A DNA stretch of 60,979 bases, counting the filler, from Sphacelaria rigidula (lineage: Eukaryota): the NCBI GenBank assembly GCA_964200075.2. It is 9 parts of 9 records of this genome, joined end to end, with 100 filler letters (N's around TTAATTAATTAA, not from the genome) between each part and the next. Parts side by side here need not be neighbours in the genome. Positions count along the whole stretch, not along the records: positions 20,362 to 27,048 come from CAXNAA020018627.1; positions 27,149 to 33,835 come from CAXNAA020018628.1; 7 more parts are not named here. One strand, 5' to 3'. The stretch's first letter is position 1; every line of letters starts with the position of its first letter. A program made the translations under genes and the position numbers. Below the pieces are notes generated by a model. That model saw nothing but the letters and a program-made list of their open reading frames with translations, was not told where the DNA came from and ran no database searches. This document shows positions 22,301 to 33,935 of the stretch, in pieces.

Positions 22301-25300
22301 GGGGGGGGGGGGGGGGGGGCTCTGTGGTTGAGGGTGTTTGTGACGACGGTTTTGACTGTAGCAGACGAACGAAATGGTATACAAAGGTAACACTTGCTGT
22401 CAATGCAGGGACTAGTCCACCGGGCAATGCAGGGGGGGCCAGAAGAAGGCGGGTGTGTGAAATTGGGATGTTGACGGTGTCCAGTCATGATACTCTGGAG
22501 GAGCGTATGTGTAGCTGTGCCCGTGGATACATGGACGTCTGTGGTATTCGTGGAATAGCGGTTATGCCAGCAGAGGTCAGAGAAGAATCTGAATCTCGTC
22601 CGATATTGTCGCTGTTTGTAAATGGATTGACTTGAATCAGACATACTATAGAACTCACCAAGCGGGCGTCTGCATGCCTCGGTATACAACATGGGTGAAC
22701 AGCTTTGCATGTTCTCAGAAGTAAATTTCACAGAAGAAGCCGCCCACGTCGAGTACTCGTTGAACGCGTATTCCATTTGTTACTACCTCAAGCACTGCCC
22801 GTACACAGCCTCACTTATTTTCCCCGCCCCTTTTTCTCTCTCTTCCAATAACAATCAGCTCGGCATGTGCATGAAGGGGTATGGATACGCTGTGGGCGAC
22901 TATAGGCGCGGTTTCATGAGGCATGCACGCAGCCTGGAACCGAAGTCCATCAGAGGCATGGTGCTATCGAATTGCCAGGTGAGAAGACGTACCCCGCCTA
23001 CGTGGATGTGTATCTGCCAAGGCTTGGCTTTCATGTTCACCCGAACAGCAGCGCTTTTTTCACCTCTTCTTCTAGGATGTGTTCTCGGAGTGCATTGGTA
23101 TCGTCACACGCACGTAGCGAAACAAAAGTTCTCCGCGTCGGACCTCTCGTCGGACATTTCCCGTAACCCCCTATCCGTCCGTGGCTTTTGTTCGCTTAGT
23201 TTTTTTGGGGGCGGCGGGTTGGGCGCGAGACTCGTGCGAGGGGCGGACTCCCGCCCCCCAGTGCTCCTCGGCGACGCCTGCGGAACGTGCTAAGTGGTTT
23301 GCGTGGTGATCTCCACATCCGAATCCAGGGGCGTACGACTTACTGCTCACAGCACGATCCGCGCTCAGCAAAATGAACCGGATGATAACAGCATTTTGCA
23401 GGTGTTGAGGGTCCTCTCCACCAGCGGTTATGAGATGCCTGCAGCCTCCCATTGTGGAGGGCGTCCCCTCGACTCACGATCTAGCCATCAAAACGTATTT
23501 TTGCAATCAAGAGTACTCGATTCGGAAAAACGGAAGCGAAGACAAGTTGTCTATGATCAGAAAGACGTCGTCCATTAGCCTGGACTCTTTTCGGAGGCTG
23601 ACCCCCCTCCCCCAATTCGCATACCAAACTGCATGTACCCTTATACCTCGAGGGTTCGCGATATGCCTCGCGTTGGGGTTAGCTCAAGGGGCACGTTCAG
23701 AGTTCGACGAAGACTTCGGTGTCCAACAATGGATTTTTGTCACTGAAATCGCGGGAACCCGCCTCCGACCTCTGGAGAAACTACAAACTGCAAATCGGAC
23801 ATGGACCCCTACCTTCTTGCAATAGCCTGGCTTCGTGGAGTACGTTAGTCTCAGGATGATATTTGGCAACGGTCATACAACCGCTTCGTTACCCCTACGA
23901 TCGTTTCTTGGACCAGCGTATACGATATCGAGTACACAGTTTTCTACTCCTTGTACGTTCCTCCCTTCTCTTCCTGGTTTATTTTGTTTCGTTTGTTGTG
24001 GTTTATGTTTTCATCATCTCAATTTCTTCCGCTTGTGAAATTTCTGAAGAATTTCCCCATACATTTCTGTTTTTGAGCGAGCATTTCCGTTCCGTTTCGT
24101 TCCCGTTGGGTACGTATGCCTTATGACCACAAGTGGGTCCCTATAAGTTGATGTGCAAACCAATCAATCAAATCAACGAATCACATAATTCAAATCAAGC
24201 AATCAGTCGAGCGGGGACGACAGTAGGATGGTGACGGTATCCCCACGACCGTACAATCGAGTGATAGGAGCCACCAAAACCGAGCCACCTCCCTTTCGGG
24301 AGTGAAATTGAGCTTTAAGGGTATCGGGTATCCATGCGGCGCCCACGGGATTATACAAGTCTGTACGTTTTAATTTTGGGAGGTTTTTTCCACATGTGTG
24401 GCTTTTTAACGGAGAGTCTGGTCCATTCGGGCAGAGCTCGAAGAGGATATTCGGATTTGCCAAGTCTGGATCGAATTCGTCACATGCGGGGCGGACTGCA
24501 TCTTAGTCTTATACAACACAGTTGGATATGGTAGCCAACTACCGTAAGTTGCTCTGTGATCGCACAGGGCGTGAATTTCGCACAGGGGTCGTGAGAACGC
24601 ACCCCCGTGCTATCAAAAACACGCTATGAAATGATTTAATTGGCTTTTCGCACAGGAGTGCGATCTTAAGGATGAAATGGGTCTCAGCCACCTTCCGGGC
24701 GAGAGGACGCGTGCGCGCGGATGGATCTTTTGGGCGGACAGCCTGAGTTGCCACGATTTTTGTCTTCATTCCGCTGGTCGTCATGGGGCTTGTCTGGACT
24801 ACGCACTGCGGTGTGGCAGTGCAGACACAAAAAAACATACGGAGTGGTTTTCTTTTTCAATTTATTTTACTCCGGTTCTCATCGTGCACCTTGGATAAAA
24901 CCACCAAAGCCGAAACCTTTGACCAAAAGCCAACACTGACGGAAAGAACGAAGCCCGAAAGCAAACGCGTACTGGCACCGAACGATACTTCTTGCAGTCA
25001 ACCTCGTCTCTCTCTTCGACATTTCTTGTGAATGTGTACTGGTACCACGATAACTACCGTAGGCTCGGGCGGTGTGCTTGATGTTGTTGTGCTGTGGCTG
25101 TGTGCCCGTGTGTACTTGCTATGTTTCAGGCATCTTCAGACCTTGTTCCTACGGCAGTACTGTTGCAGATAATCACTTTACACCGGCGAAGCTTCACACA
25201 GTATCGCACATGGCGGGTTTATTGCACAGGGTGTGCGTTCAAAGGCCCTGGTGTCATCGAATTTTTTTACTCAATATCGCACATGTCGTTGAGATGGCAC

Positions 25301-25759
25301 AGGGGTGTGCGATGGAAAAGCAGTACCAAATGATTCAATTCGATTTTCGCACAGGGGGCGCGGTGTTCGCACAGGGTTCGTGAGAACGCACCCCTGTGTG
25401 AAAAAAAAACAAGTTCGAAAACATTTAAAAACCGATCGCACCCCTGTGCGATCACAGAGCAACTTACGGTATAATACTCAACTGCCTTCATTCTGACACC
25501 CTGCCCATACCCTATCTTCGCTTTCATGTTCGCTTTCAACTTGCCCACGGGTTTTTCGACGCCGCGTGTTCTGGTGCAGGTGCTGGGGGTGCACCTGGGA
25601 ATTCGTCACGGGCCCGGCGGCACTGAATACGGCCCGGAAGTCATGGGCGAGGCGGTGAAGGAGCTTTTAAGGATTGACGAGAGGATGGGGAATAGCGTAA
25701 CCGTTGAATCCAGCTGCCCGTTAGCATGGGAGCAGCTACAACGCTGGCTGCAAAACTGA
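21964..25759 (+). CDS. Fringe-like/GT31 glycosyltransferase, 3' exons 21964-22224, 22859-22978, 25580-25759
   Basis: Three phase-0 exons splice to ...YWPYGGSGVLLSVGL...DCAQRLNHNTDVL|LGMCMKGYG...SNCQ|VLGVHLG...stop, matching the GT31/Fringe GGxGxxLS, DxxLGxC and C-terminal His motifs. The DxD exon was not located. Confidence 0.75.
23290..24205 (+). mobile_element. Possible decayed 3' fragment of a non-LTR retrotransposon in the GT31 intron
   Basis: Broken coding-like sequence (KDVVH*PGLF), then a T-rich UTR and a degenerate (CAAT/CAAAT)n tail at 24160-24205. Clade uncertain. Confidence 0.4.
24542..25469. mobile_element. 928-bp non-autonomous Tc1/mariner(pogo)-type MITE
   Basis: Perfect 28-bp TIR CCGTAAGTTGCTCTGTGATCGCACAGGG (24542-24569 / 25442-25469), TA on both flanks, repeated internal TCGCACAGG motifs. 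Confidence 0.92.
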
Positions 25760-27329
25760 TGATATGTCGAAGTCCCCCCTTCACCGCCCTACCCCCTGAA
25801 GGCCACGTCTTTCAAACGTTATGGTCATGCGGTAGGGTGGCCCTTATCAGCCCCGCTGATCATGATTAGCCGTATTATGGTTCCCTCCTTTCCTTTTGCG
25901 GTACGTGTTGTCTATTTACGCAGGAAATTGGTGCATGTGGCACATCGACTGTTCTTGGAAGTAAATCTTATCTGGCTTGCCATTCGCGTGTGTTCGCGTG
26001 ATGGGCACAACGTGCATTCCGTTTAGGCAGTCTGATGTTGTTGTGACCGAGTCCAACTGGAGTGCTGCCATTGTGTCCACGCTACCCTCCCACCTCTATC
26101 GATGATGGGTTCGCATGCAGATGTGGAAACAAGATTGTAGTCCTGTATCCCGCGGAGGTTTCGCTCTGCAGTACCGCTGCACTGCACTGTGTCGCAGTGT
26201 TGAGATGTGAGACAGCAGGCTGGGATCGTTTTGTTTATACGTCGGCAAACAGCGGTACAACTTGTGACCGTTCACCAAAATTATAAAACACGTGCAGCCG
26301 TTTCAATTACGTTTTTTTAAGGCAACGTACTATTGAACTAGCACATGGGTTTTCGACCGAAAAAGTGCGTTGGAAAACAAAAATCTTGATCTGATAGGTC
26401 GTAATTTCAACCACCGTCGTCTATATTGAAGATGGTTGAAATCATGATCCATTAGATCAGGAGTTTTGTTTCCCGCCGCACTTCTTCGATCGAAAACTCA
26501 TGTGCTAAGACAGGCCGCCCTAACAACCAGGGCGGTAATCCATGAGCATCGGGCCTCGTTTCAGTACAATACTTCGGCTGACAGTAGTCCCGCGGGATAT
26601 ATGCCACCTTGCACGAGTTTCTGTACTGTACGTCCGGAAAACGATTTGAACAAGGTGCAGCACGGACAGTACAGAGTACTGTCTGCGTGCAAAATGATGT
26701 AAAAAATATTTTTATCGCGTGCGGTACACAGATACTGTAGTACAGATTGTCGGTGTTGTCTCCACACGGAATAATGTAAAAGAGAGTTGAACAGCGTGCT
26801 GTAAACACAGTGTAGTATCTTCGGACGGTAGGATGTGAGGCAATTTTTGAACAACACCCAGTATTATTATAAATGTACAGACGCTACAGTACTTCTGTAC
26901 TGTCTGTATACACTAAGACGTATATGTTAGCTTGCATACAGTAGAACGGTGTCTTCCGGACAGTAGATACTGGCACCGCGGTGCATGTGTGTGTGTTGTG
27001 TTGTGTTGTCGTCCCATTTATTCTGGGCACCAGTCTACACCTTTCGGTNNNNNNNNNNNNNNNNNNNNNNNNNNNNNNNNNNNNNNNNNNNNTTAATTAA
27101 TTAANNNNNNNNNNNNNNNNNNNNNNNNNNNNNNNNNNNNNNNNNNNNTAATCCTCCGGGTTCTCATCCTCAATCAAAAGCACCATCCTCAACATAGATG
27201 ATCGGCTGTTTTCATCACGACCTAGCAAGGTCCCGTACAAAGTTTCAACACACAGAAACCAAACGTGGGCCGAAAAACGGCCTGCAAAATACTGTTCCGA
27301 ATTTCCACCGCCTCGGTTTTTCAAATGTA

Positions 27330-27588
27330 AATTCGCATTTTTTTTCTTGGAGTTGGAAAGTGAAATTTGGTATGGACAATCAACAGTGCATGAAGAAAAG
27401 CTGTCTGTGAGGTCCTAACGGTTTTTTTTTCGTGAGTTAGGGGCATTTTTCTAAAAAAAACTCAAAACTGATTTCTGCCCTTAATTCACGCAAAAAAAAT
27501 CGTTGGGACCTTACTTTCCTCATGCCCTGTTATTATAACTGTTCATACCAAATTTCATTTTCCACCTCTAAGAAAAAAATTGCGAATT
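27330..27588. repeat. Imperfect inverted repeat (arms 27330-27445 and 27476-27588)
   Basis: AATTCGCATTTTTTTCTT...TGAAATTTGGTATG...GTTAGGGGCA pairs with TGCCCTTAA...CATACCAAATTTCA...AAGAAAAAAATTGCGAATT. Confidence 0.8.
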
Positions 27589-27630
27589 CGCCTGCAAAGT
27601 ACAAACCCGCTTGTAGGCTGGCCCAGCCTG

Positions 27631-28290
27631 TATTTATTTCCCGTCCGTTTATTATATCTCTGATCTTCGCCTACGTCGAAGACCTTTCCTAGGTGAAATC
27701 AAATAACTTCTCCACACCTTTTCCGAAGGCGGCTGTGGAGGTTCGCCAGGTAAGGCCGTTCTGATCGGCGACTGATGCCACCACAGCTGCCTCAAGAATC
27801 ATGGAAAAGAGGCTGGTTTCAGAAGGCAAAATCTACATGTGAATCAACATGACAACAGCCGAGGACACCTGACCCTTTGACCGCGAGGGTATCTGTTGAA
27901 TCGGCATCAATTTCACTTGAAAAAATATTCCATGATCCAGATAGACTACCCCTGCGGTCCAAGGGTTTCCAAGAAGGGCCCTAATTGACCGCTTTTGACT
28001 CTCAATCGCAACCTCTACTCTCAATTTCACAAACACGTTGTTCCTCGTGGTCTAGGGGTTCACACGTCAAAAGTTACCTTTCGAAAGGCCACTTGAATCC
28101 TGTTTTAATTTTCAACATCATTTTTCCAGATACTTTGTTATGCTTTTTTGTTCCGATCAGAACGGCCTCACCTCGAACCTCCACAACCGCCTTCGGAAAA
28201 GGTGTACGTAGAGTTATTTGATTTCACCTATTGCAGGAAAGATCTTCGACGTGGGCGAAGATCAGAGATGTAGACGCACGGAAAATAAAT
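27631..28290. repeat. Local inverted duplication (27631-27768 vs 28153-28290) fused to a direct duplication (27769-27864 vs 28543-28639) of exon-containing segments
   Basis: Direct alignment of the arms; both duplicated blocks contain splice-site-like signals. Confidence 0.85.
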
Positions 28291-29352
28291 TTGTATGCAC
28301 AGGAAACGTGCAGAGTTGCAAGGCGGAGTGGCTCATCAGCGTTTCTCGTCCTTGAATTCAGCACATGGAGTGCGCGTGCATGATCCTTGCTCATTTTACA
28401 AGTGGAACAGATGCCTACCGATTCGACTCTTCTTCACGGTCAACCCGAAGGAAGGCCTTCCTGCAGTACAAATATGCAAGTACTCAACTGCGCGCATGAT
28501 ATACATCAGTGTGATGCAGCCTGTTGCCTGCGGTACCGCCGCCGACTGATGCCACCACTGCTGCCTCAAGAATCGTGGAAAAGAGGCTGGTTTCAGAAGG
28601 CAAGATATATATGTAAGTCAACATGACAGCAGTCGAGGGCACCGAGAGCTGGGAACTCCCCCGCTTGGGATTTTTTTCGCCAATGTCGTCGATATGAGGC
28701 GATTAATTCAGTCTGATACAAGCCATCGTACGCTGTATGGCCATGCTCTTCGGGAAGTTTTCGGGCCGGTTCGGGGAGGGACCTACATGGCATGAATCCA
28801 CCACGCTACAACAGTACTTCGCGACGACCGCGACGACCGTACACTGCACTTCTGTGTGTTGTCACAGACAAAGAACACATTGGCTCATTATCCGATTTCA
28901 AATCCTGGCGACCAGTATCCTATTATCGATGCCACCCAATCTACAAAGTACACACCGGGACACTCCGCTACAAAACTGTTGTAATATCGTACGAAGATTT
29001 CGCAAGATATGGTACGGCACTGCTCTACAGCACAGTCAGTACAGTCCGTCACAGATATCTCACCAGCTTCCGCAGTTTCGTCGCCGCCTTCGAGACCCTT
29101 CTTGCCGGCCGAAGCGGCAGGTACTGTCATGGAGGCGAGGTGTTTGTCTTCGAAGGTTCTTGACTCACCACCCGGCACGCTGACCTCTCTGCTCGTGCCG
29201 GTACCCATATCATAGATCGCGGCTTGCTCGCGGTGGTGCCCCTCTACGTTCGCATGGGCGTCATGGTCGTGATCGGAACGGCCACTCCTGGCTGCGGCGA
29301 TTGCGCAAGTGGTCGCAAGATAAGCGAACGCTGCAGCAGTGACACACCGCAT
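28214..29352 (-). CDS. Putative small secreted protein (exons 29064-29352, 28419-28586, short exon from 28227); may be a pseudogene
   Basis: ATG 29352, signal-peptide-like MRCVTAAAFAYLATTCAIAAA, His-rich segment, GTGAG donor. Phase-1 exon 2 is open (ASFPRFLRQQWW...); the next exon gives GEIK-stop. Exon model inferred. Confidence 0.55.
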
Positions 29353-30334
29353 CTTTCTGAAGTAGAGAGGATACTCAATGTTATACCTGCGTATGAGTTG
29401 GTCAAAGCGACAACGCAGTATGCGAGCTTCTGTTGTGTTCTCCGGCAGTTGCAAGGTTTCCTGGTGGCAGTGTGAGGACAAGTGGCTTGACGCGCACAGA
29501 AGGCAGCGCGTTGAGCTGTCCCGTCAGCAAACAAACGCCGCCGTCGGAGAACGTATGCAGATCATATGTTCTTGCGTCTGATACTCAGTGATGTAGAGGA
29601 CGTCACGAGTTTTGCTGTATTTTTTCGAAATTTTCGAATCTGCTGGAAATACTACTATCAGAAGTTGTCAAGTTCGACATTTGGGCAGACAGGCGTGCGT
29701 GTTCGTTGAACAAGTCGAACGCCGCCGTCGGAAAACGTATGCCGATCACATTTGTGCGGTGCGTCTGATACTGAGTGAGAACGAGTGAGCGTGGATATAG
29801 GGTTTAGCGGACGTCTGCTGAAAATATAAATTCGACATTTTCGTTGAAAAAGTCATCATACGGAAGGAACTGCCCTTGGGGGGGGAAGTAGGGTTAGTTC
29901 ACCACTTGGTAGGAGCGGAACGTTCTCGGGAATCCATGTTATTTCGAGTACAACAAGTAAAGTTACACCCTAACTCTACTGAGAATCTCCCCCGTACGAG
30001 ATGAAAGCCAAGTCGTGCTTGCACATTTTTCATAAGAGGTCTCTCGGAGAAGGGGGGTGCAAAGTGCACTCTAGGCAAAGCGCGCGTTTGCATACCTCAA
30101 ATTGGCCATGATGTAAACGACCACATGTTCTTGCAATACGCTAAGCGATCTCGGGACTGTCAGCCCCTCCAAAGATCTGAATATCGGTCTTGACCTAAAA
30201 CCGAGTATATCGACCATTTTCACGACTATGCGTAAGCTCCACTGCTGCACAAGACACCGCACCCAGGGACGGCAGAGGAACTGATCTGGCTGCTGGCAAT
30301 CAATCATCAAGACCACCGCAGAAGGCATACATCA

Positions 30335-30870
30335 ATGGGGAGTGGGCACAGAACATTCCTCACCACGGCAGTGCTACTAGCATGCTTGTACGTGACCTGC
30401 TCCCATGGAGAAGGATCCGCGGTAGTATCCTCCTTACACCAGGATTCGTCTATGTCAACACAGAGTGGACGAAGACAGCAAGCCCCTGACAGAACCCAGC
30501 AACCGCATGATCTCCAACACGCCGGTGAAGGATATGCGCAACACCTCGGATTGAATTTCAAGGCAGGAGGAGGAGGAGGAAAAGGGAGTAAGGGAAGTGT
30601 TGGTGCCTCGGAGCTAGGATCCTCGCCGAGAGTGGAAAATCCCAGGGTCGGCGTTGGTGTTGCTGTTGGAGTCGGTGCAGGATCCGATGTCTCGCTGTCT
30701 TTCACCTGTCGTAACTCGTACCCGATTGTAACGTGGTCGCCCTGGGAGCACCTGGCGGAGCCCCATAAGGAGGCGTTTCTGACGGCAACGACAGGCAGAG
30801 ACTCAGCCGAGGAAGAGGGCGTGTTTGTGTGGACTCTGCCTGAGGAGAATGGTGCTGTTTTCGAGGGAAG
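30335..30870 (+). CDS. First exon of a secreted protein, possibly a stramenopile tyrosinase-like N-terminus
   Basis: ATG, signal-peptide-like TFLTTAVLLACLYVTCSHG, open 536 bp to an AG|GTGAG donor. NSY...PWEHLAEPHK...FVWTL resembles, from memory, the region before stramenopile tyrosinase domains; no catalytic domain seen. Confidence 0.7.
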
Positions 30871-32526
30871 GTGAGAGTAACCGTGGACTGTAGACATTTT
30901 CGAAGGTATTTCTTTTGTCTCTCGTTTCAGGCGACGGCAAGTGTCACGTTGTTCACCACCACCCAGAAACCAGACGCGACGGGATCAAATAAAGTAGACA
31001 GCGCAAAACAATGACAATCACGGTGATACACAGGTATAGTATGCATCTGAATCTACGTTTCCATCGGCATCCGACTCCATTCCACCTAGTACACGACACA
31101 AATCAGTGATGGATAGCCCCGCCCAAGCTCATCGCGAAATCTGTACAAGCCAAAAAGTCGTTTTCCAGTATGCTCGACGGACAGGTGATCGACAGTAGAA
31201 GATTGCCTACACTGCACAAATGTCAGCACATCGAAACTCGAAGCTCCAGAGGCGGTTACAAGTTCTCAACCCATTGTTCAACACCATGAGTGCACCGATC
31301 TTGCAATCAACTCTCGGGATGATGCCGAATTCGCAGGAAATGAACTTCACTTTACCTCGAGATTTTCATCTGCGGCATAGGTCTGCGCAGGCAGCTACAA
31401 TATAACGTGGAGGCCTGGTGGATATGCATCTTAGCTACACAGACCAACTTGATCCTTCGCCGCAGCTGCTGCGTATGTATTGAGATATTGGTATCTGAGT
31501 AGCGGGTGATAGAGCTTCAAAGTGGTGTGTAAAAGCGCATCATATCCTAGCTGGTACCCAAATGAGCGGGTGGTATTGCGCCGCGTTCTGGTGTTTTTTT
31601 GCTTGGGGATATCCTCTCCTATACTCATTCATGAAAGCATTGGCGTCGCCCGCCGGTAGGGGAGACAGTACAACCATATGCATGGTGTTGTTGCTGCGAT
31701 GGTGCGTGAAGCGTGCTTATGGGATCGCCACGTGCGTGCGTGCGCGCGCGCACACACACATACACACACAATGCGCCGACTTCTTCTGTGGTTCGCGAGA
31801 CCGAAACCTCTCGGCATTCAAGGCCCATTATCATCGAAGGACTGTTTTTTGGAAAAGCCAGGGGTCTGTCAAAAATATATTTCGGGACACGTAGGCCCCA
31901 AGATCGAAATTTCTAGTTTTTGAGGAGGGGACACCCAGCCTGCTGTCCCCTTGTTTATTGCCGTGGCGTTGGCGGATGCGGTCAGCTGCCGTGTACAGAG
32001 ATCCTTGACATGGAGACCGCTGACGGACACACCGCCCCTCCAAGCTCATCACCTGCTGTACCATGATTACATTCATGGGGTCATGTTCCGTGTCATGTGC
32101 CGCGTCTACCTACCACGAGTAGTCTTGGCAAATTTGACGAGGCGTGAGATGAGATTGCTACTTTTGCTACAGGCTGTCGCTACCGTGCTCTCGTGTATTG
32201 TACATAGATGTGTGTGAGCGTTACTGGCATCCGAGGTCATCGGGACAGAGTGGGCACGGAGCAGAAGCAAAAAAACGAACATCGCAAAGCCCGCGAGACG
32301 TTTCGGTTTTCGACTGTATTTATTGATCGATTTCTTTCAACAATTTCAACAGCAAGAACAACAAAAATCACAAGAAAATCACAAGAAAAAAATTGGAAAA
32401 AACTCATGGCAATTTTCGAAAAATTTCCCTCCGGGAGGCGGGGGGCGGAGGGGGGGGGGGGGGGGCTCCGTGTCCGAATTTTGGAAGAGCTAGCTCCAAA
32501 CGGCTCATTATTACCGGGTACTACCG

Positions 32527-32653
32527 TTGCTGTCAGATATCTCATCACCGACACAATGCTGATCTTGTCGTTGGCTTGCTTTCACCGGCCATTGCTGTTA
32601 GATATCTCATCACGGACACCATGCTGATCTCGTCGTTGGCTTGCTTTCACTGG
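32527..32653. repeat. Tandem duplication, 65-bp unit x2
   Basis: TTGCTGT(C/T)AGATATCTCATCAC...GTTGGCTTGCTTTCAC at 32527 and 32592. Confidence 0.9.
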
Positions 32654-33935
32654 AAAAATAAAGGACAGAGTGATGCTGCCTGATGTTCGATGTTCAAAAC
32701 TATGGTAAACATCTTTCTCTCAATCTCTCTGCGGAAGAAGGGGAAGTCGGGTCGGTCGGAAAGGCAAGGACGTGATCGATCGGCCCTCGTGGAATGCAGC
32801 AGCAAGCAGCACATGGGAAAAAATACCGATTGTAGAAGTACTCGACAAGATGGAAGGGAGGGCTGTTCCACGCGTAGCTTAAAGACAACGTACATTCTTG
32901 GTCTCAATCACACGGTCTATTGCCACGGGCAACTGCGTGCGTCACGATGTGGTACCCTGCTGTTTTTTTGCCCGGACTGCGGTAAATTACTTCATTGAAA
33001 ATCGCTCAGATTTCTCCCCGGCTTGGATCTTTGCTGCCACCGGGGCCATTCGAAAGCTCAGGGCAAAGCTTGCAAGCATGCTTGCCTTCTTTCAGTTGTG
33101 TGCGCAGATATACCCACCACACCACCAGCTATAGACATTGCAGACGGTGCGATAGCGTGCAATCGTAGCAGCACGGCGGGCAAATGGATCACTGCTGGGG
33201 TGTTTCTGCCCTTCACTTTGAAAGTGCGCGTTCGCGAGCGGCGATCACAGCGCGTATACTTGACTCCAACAGCCCAACCACTGCTGCGACGTACACACCG
33301 TCCAAGGAGATGGACAACGCCAACTCAGGCGCTTTTTACTCTCCGACATGACCCAAGGTGTCACCGGAAAAGGTTCCTGATGACTCTCGCACTGTTGGGA
33401 GCGCCACGGCGTGTGCGTATCGCAACTCTGCGAAGTGTTGCGTTGCAGTCCCAAACTCACACTTCTCCAAACGTGAAGCTTCGGAGAACAAATCAAGCCA
33501 CGTCATTTTCGGAGAAGGCTGAACGCCGGGTCTGGAACCGCCGAAAAAATGAGAAATCTCCGAAAATTAAGTGTCGATTATGATAGACCTAAGGCCGCTT
33601 CTTACAGCAAACAAAGGAGGGCATATATGTGTATATACTTCCTCTGTTTCATAAATCTGGGAACCTATCTTAGTGCGAGCCCTTAACAGTGTCCGATTTG
33701 ATTTTTTTATTCTTTTATTGCATTCGTTGGCGTTTTTTAAGCTAAACACAACACTCTTTCTACAACGTGGGTGCTCGACGCGTGCAGTCTCGCGGTCGAG
33801 AAAAAGTAGTTCGCTCTTTTCCCACTGAACATGGGNNNNNNNNNNNNNNNNNNNNNNNNNNNNNNNNNNNNNNNNNNNNTTAATTAATTAANNNNNNNNN
33901 NNNNNNNNNNNNNNNNNNNNNNNNNNNNNNNNNNN

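Noticed and set aside
21889..22776. 295-aa minus-strand poly-Pro ORF
   Set aside because: Produced by the intronic poly-G run and the antisense of the GT31 exon.
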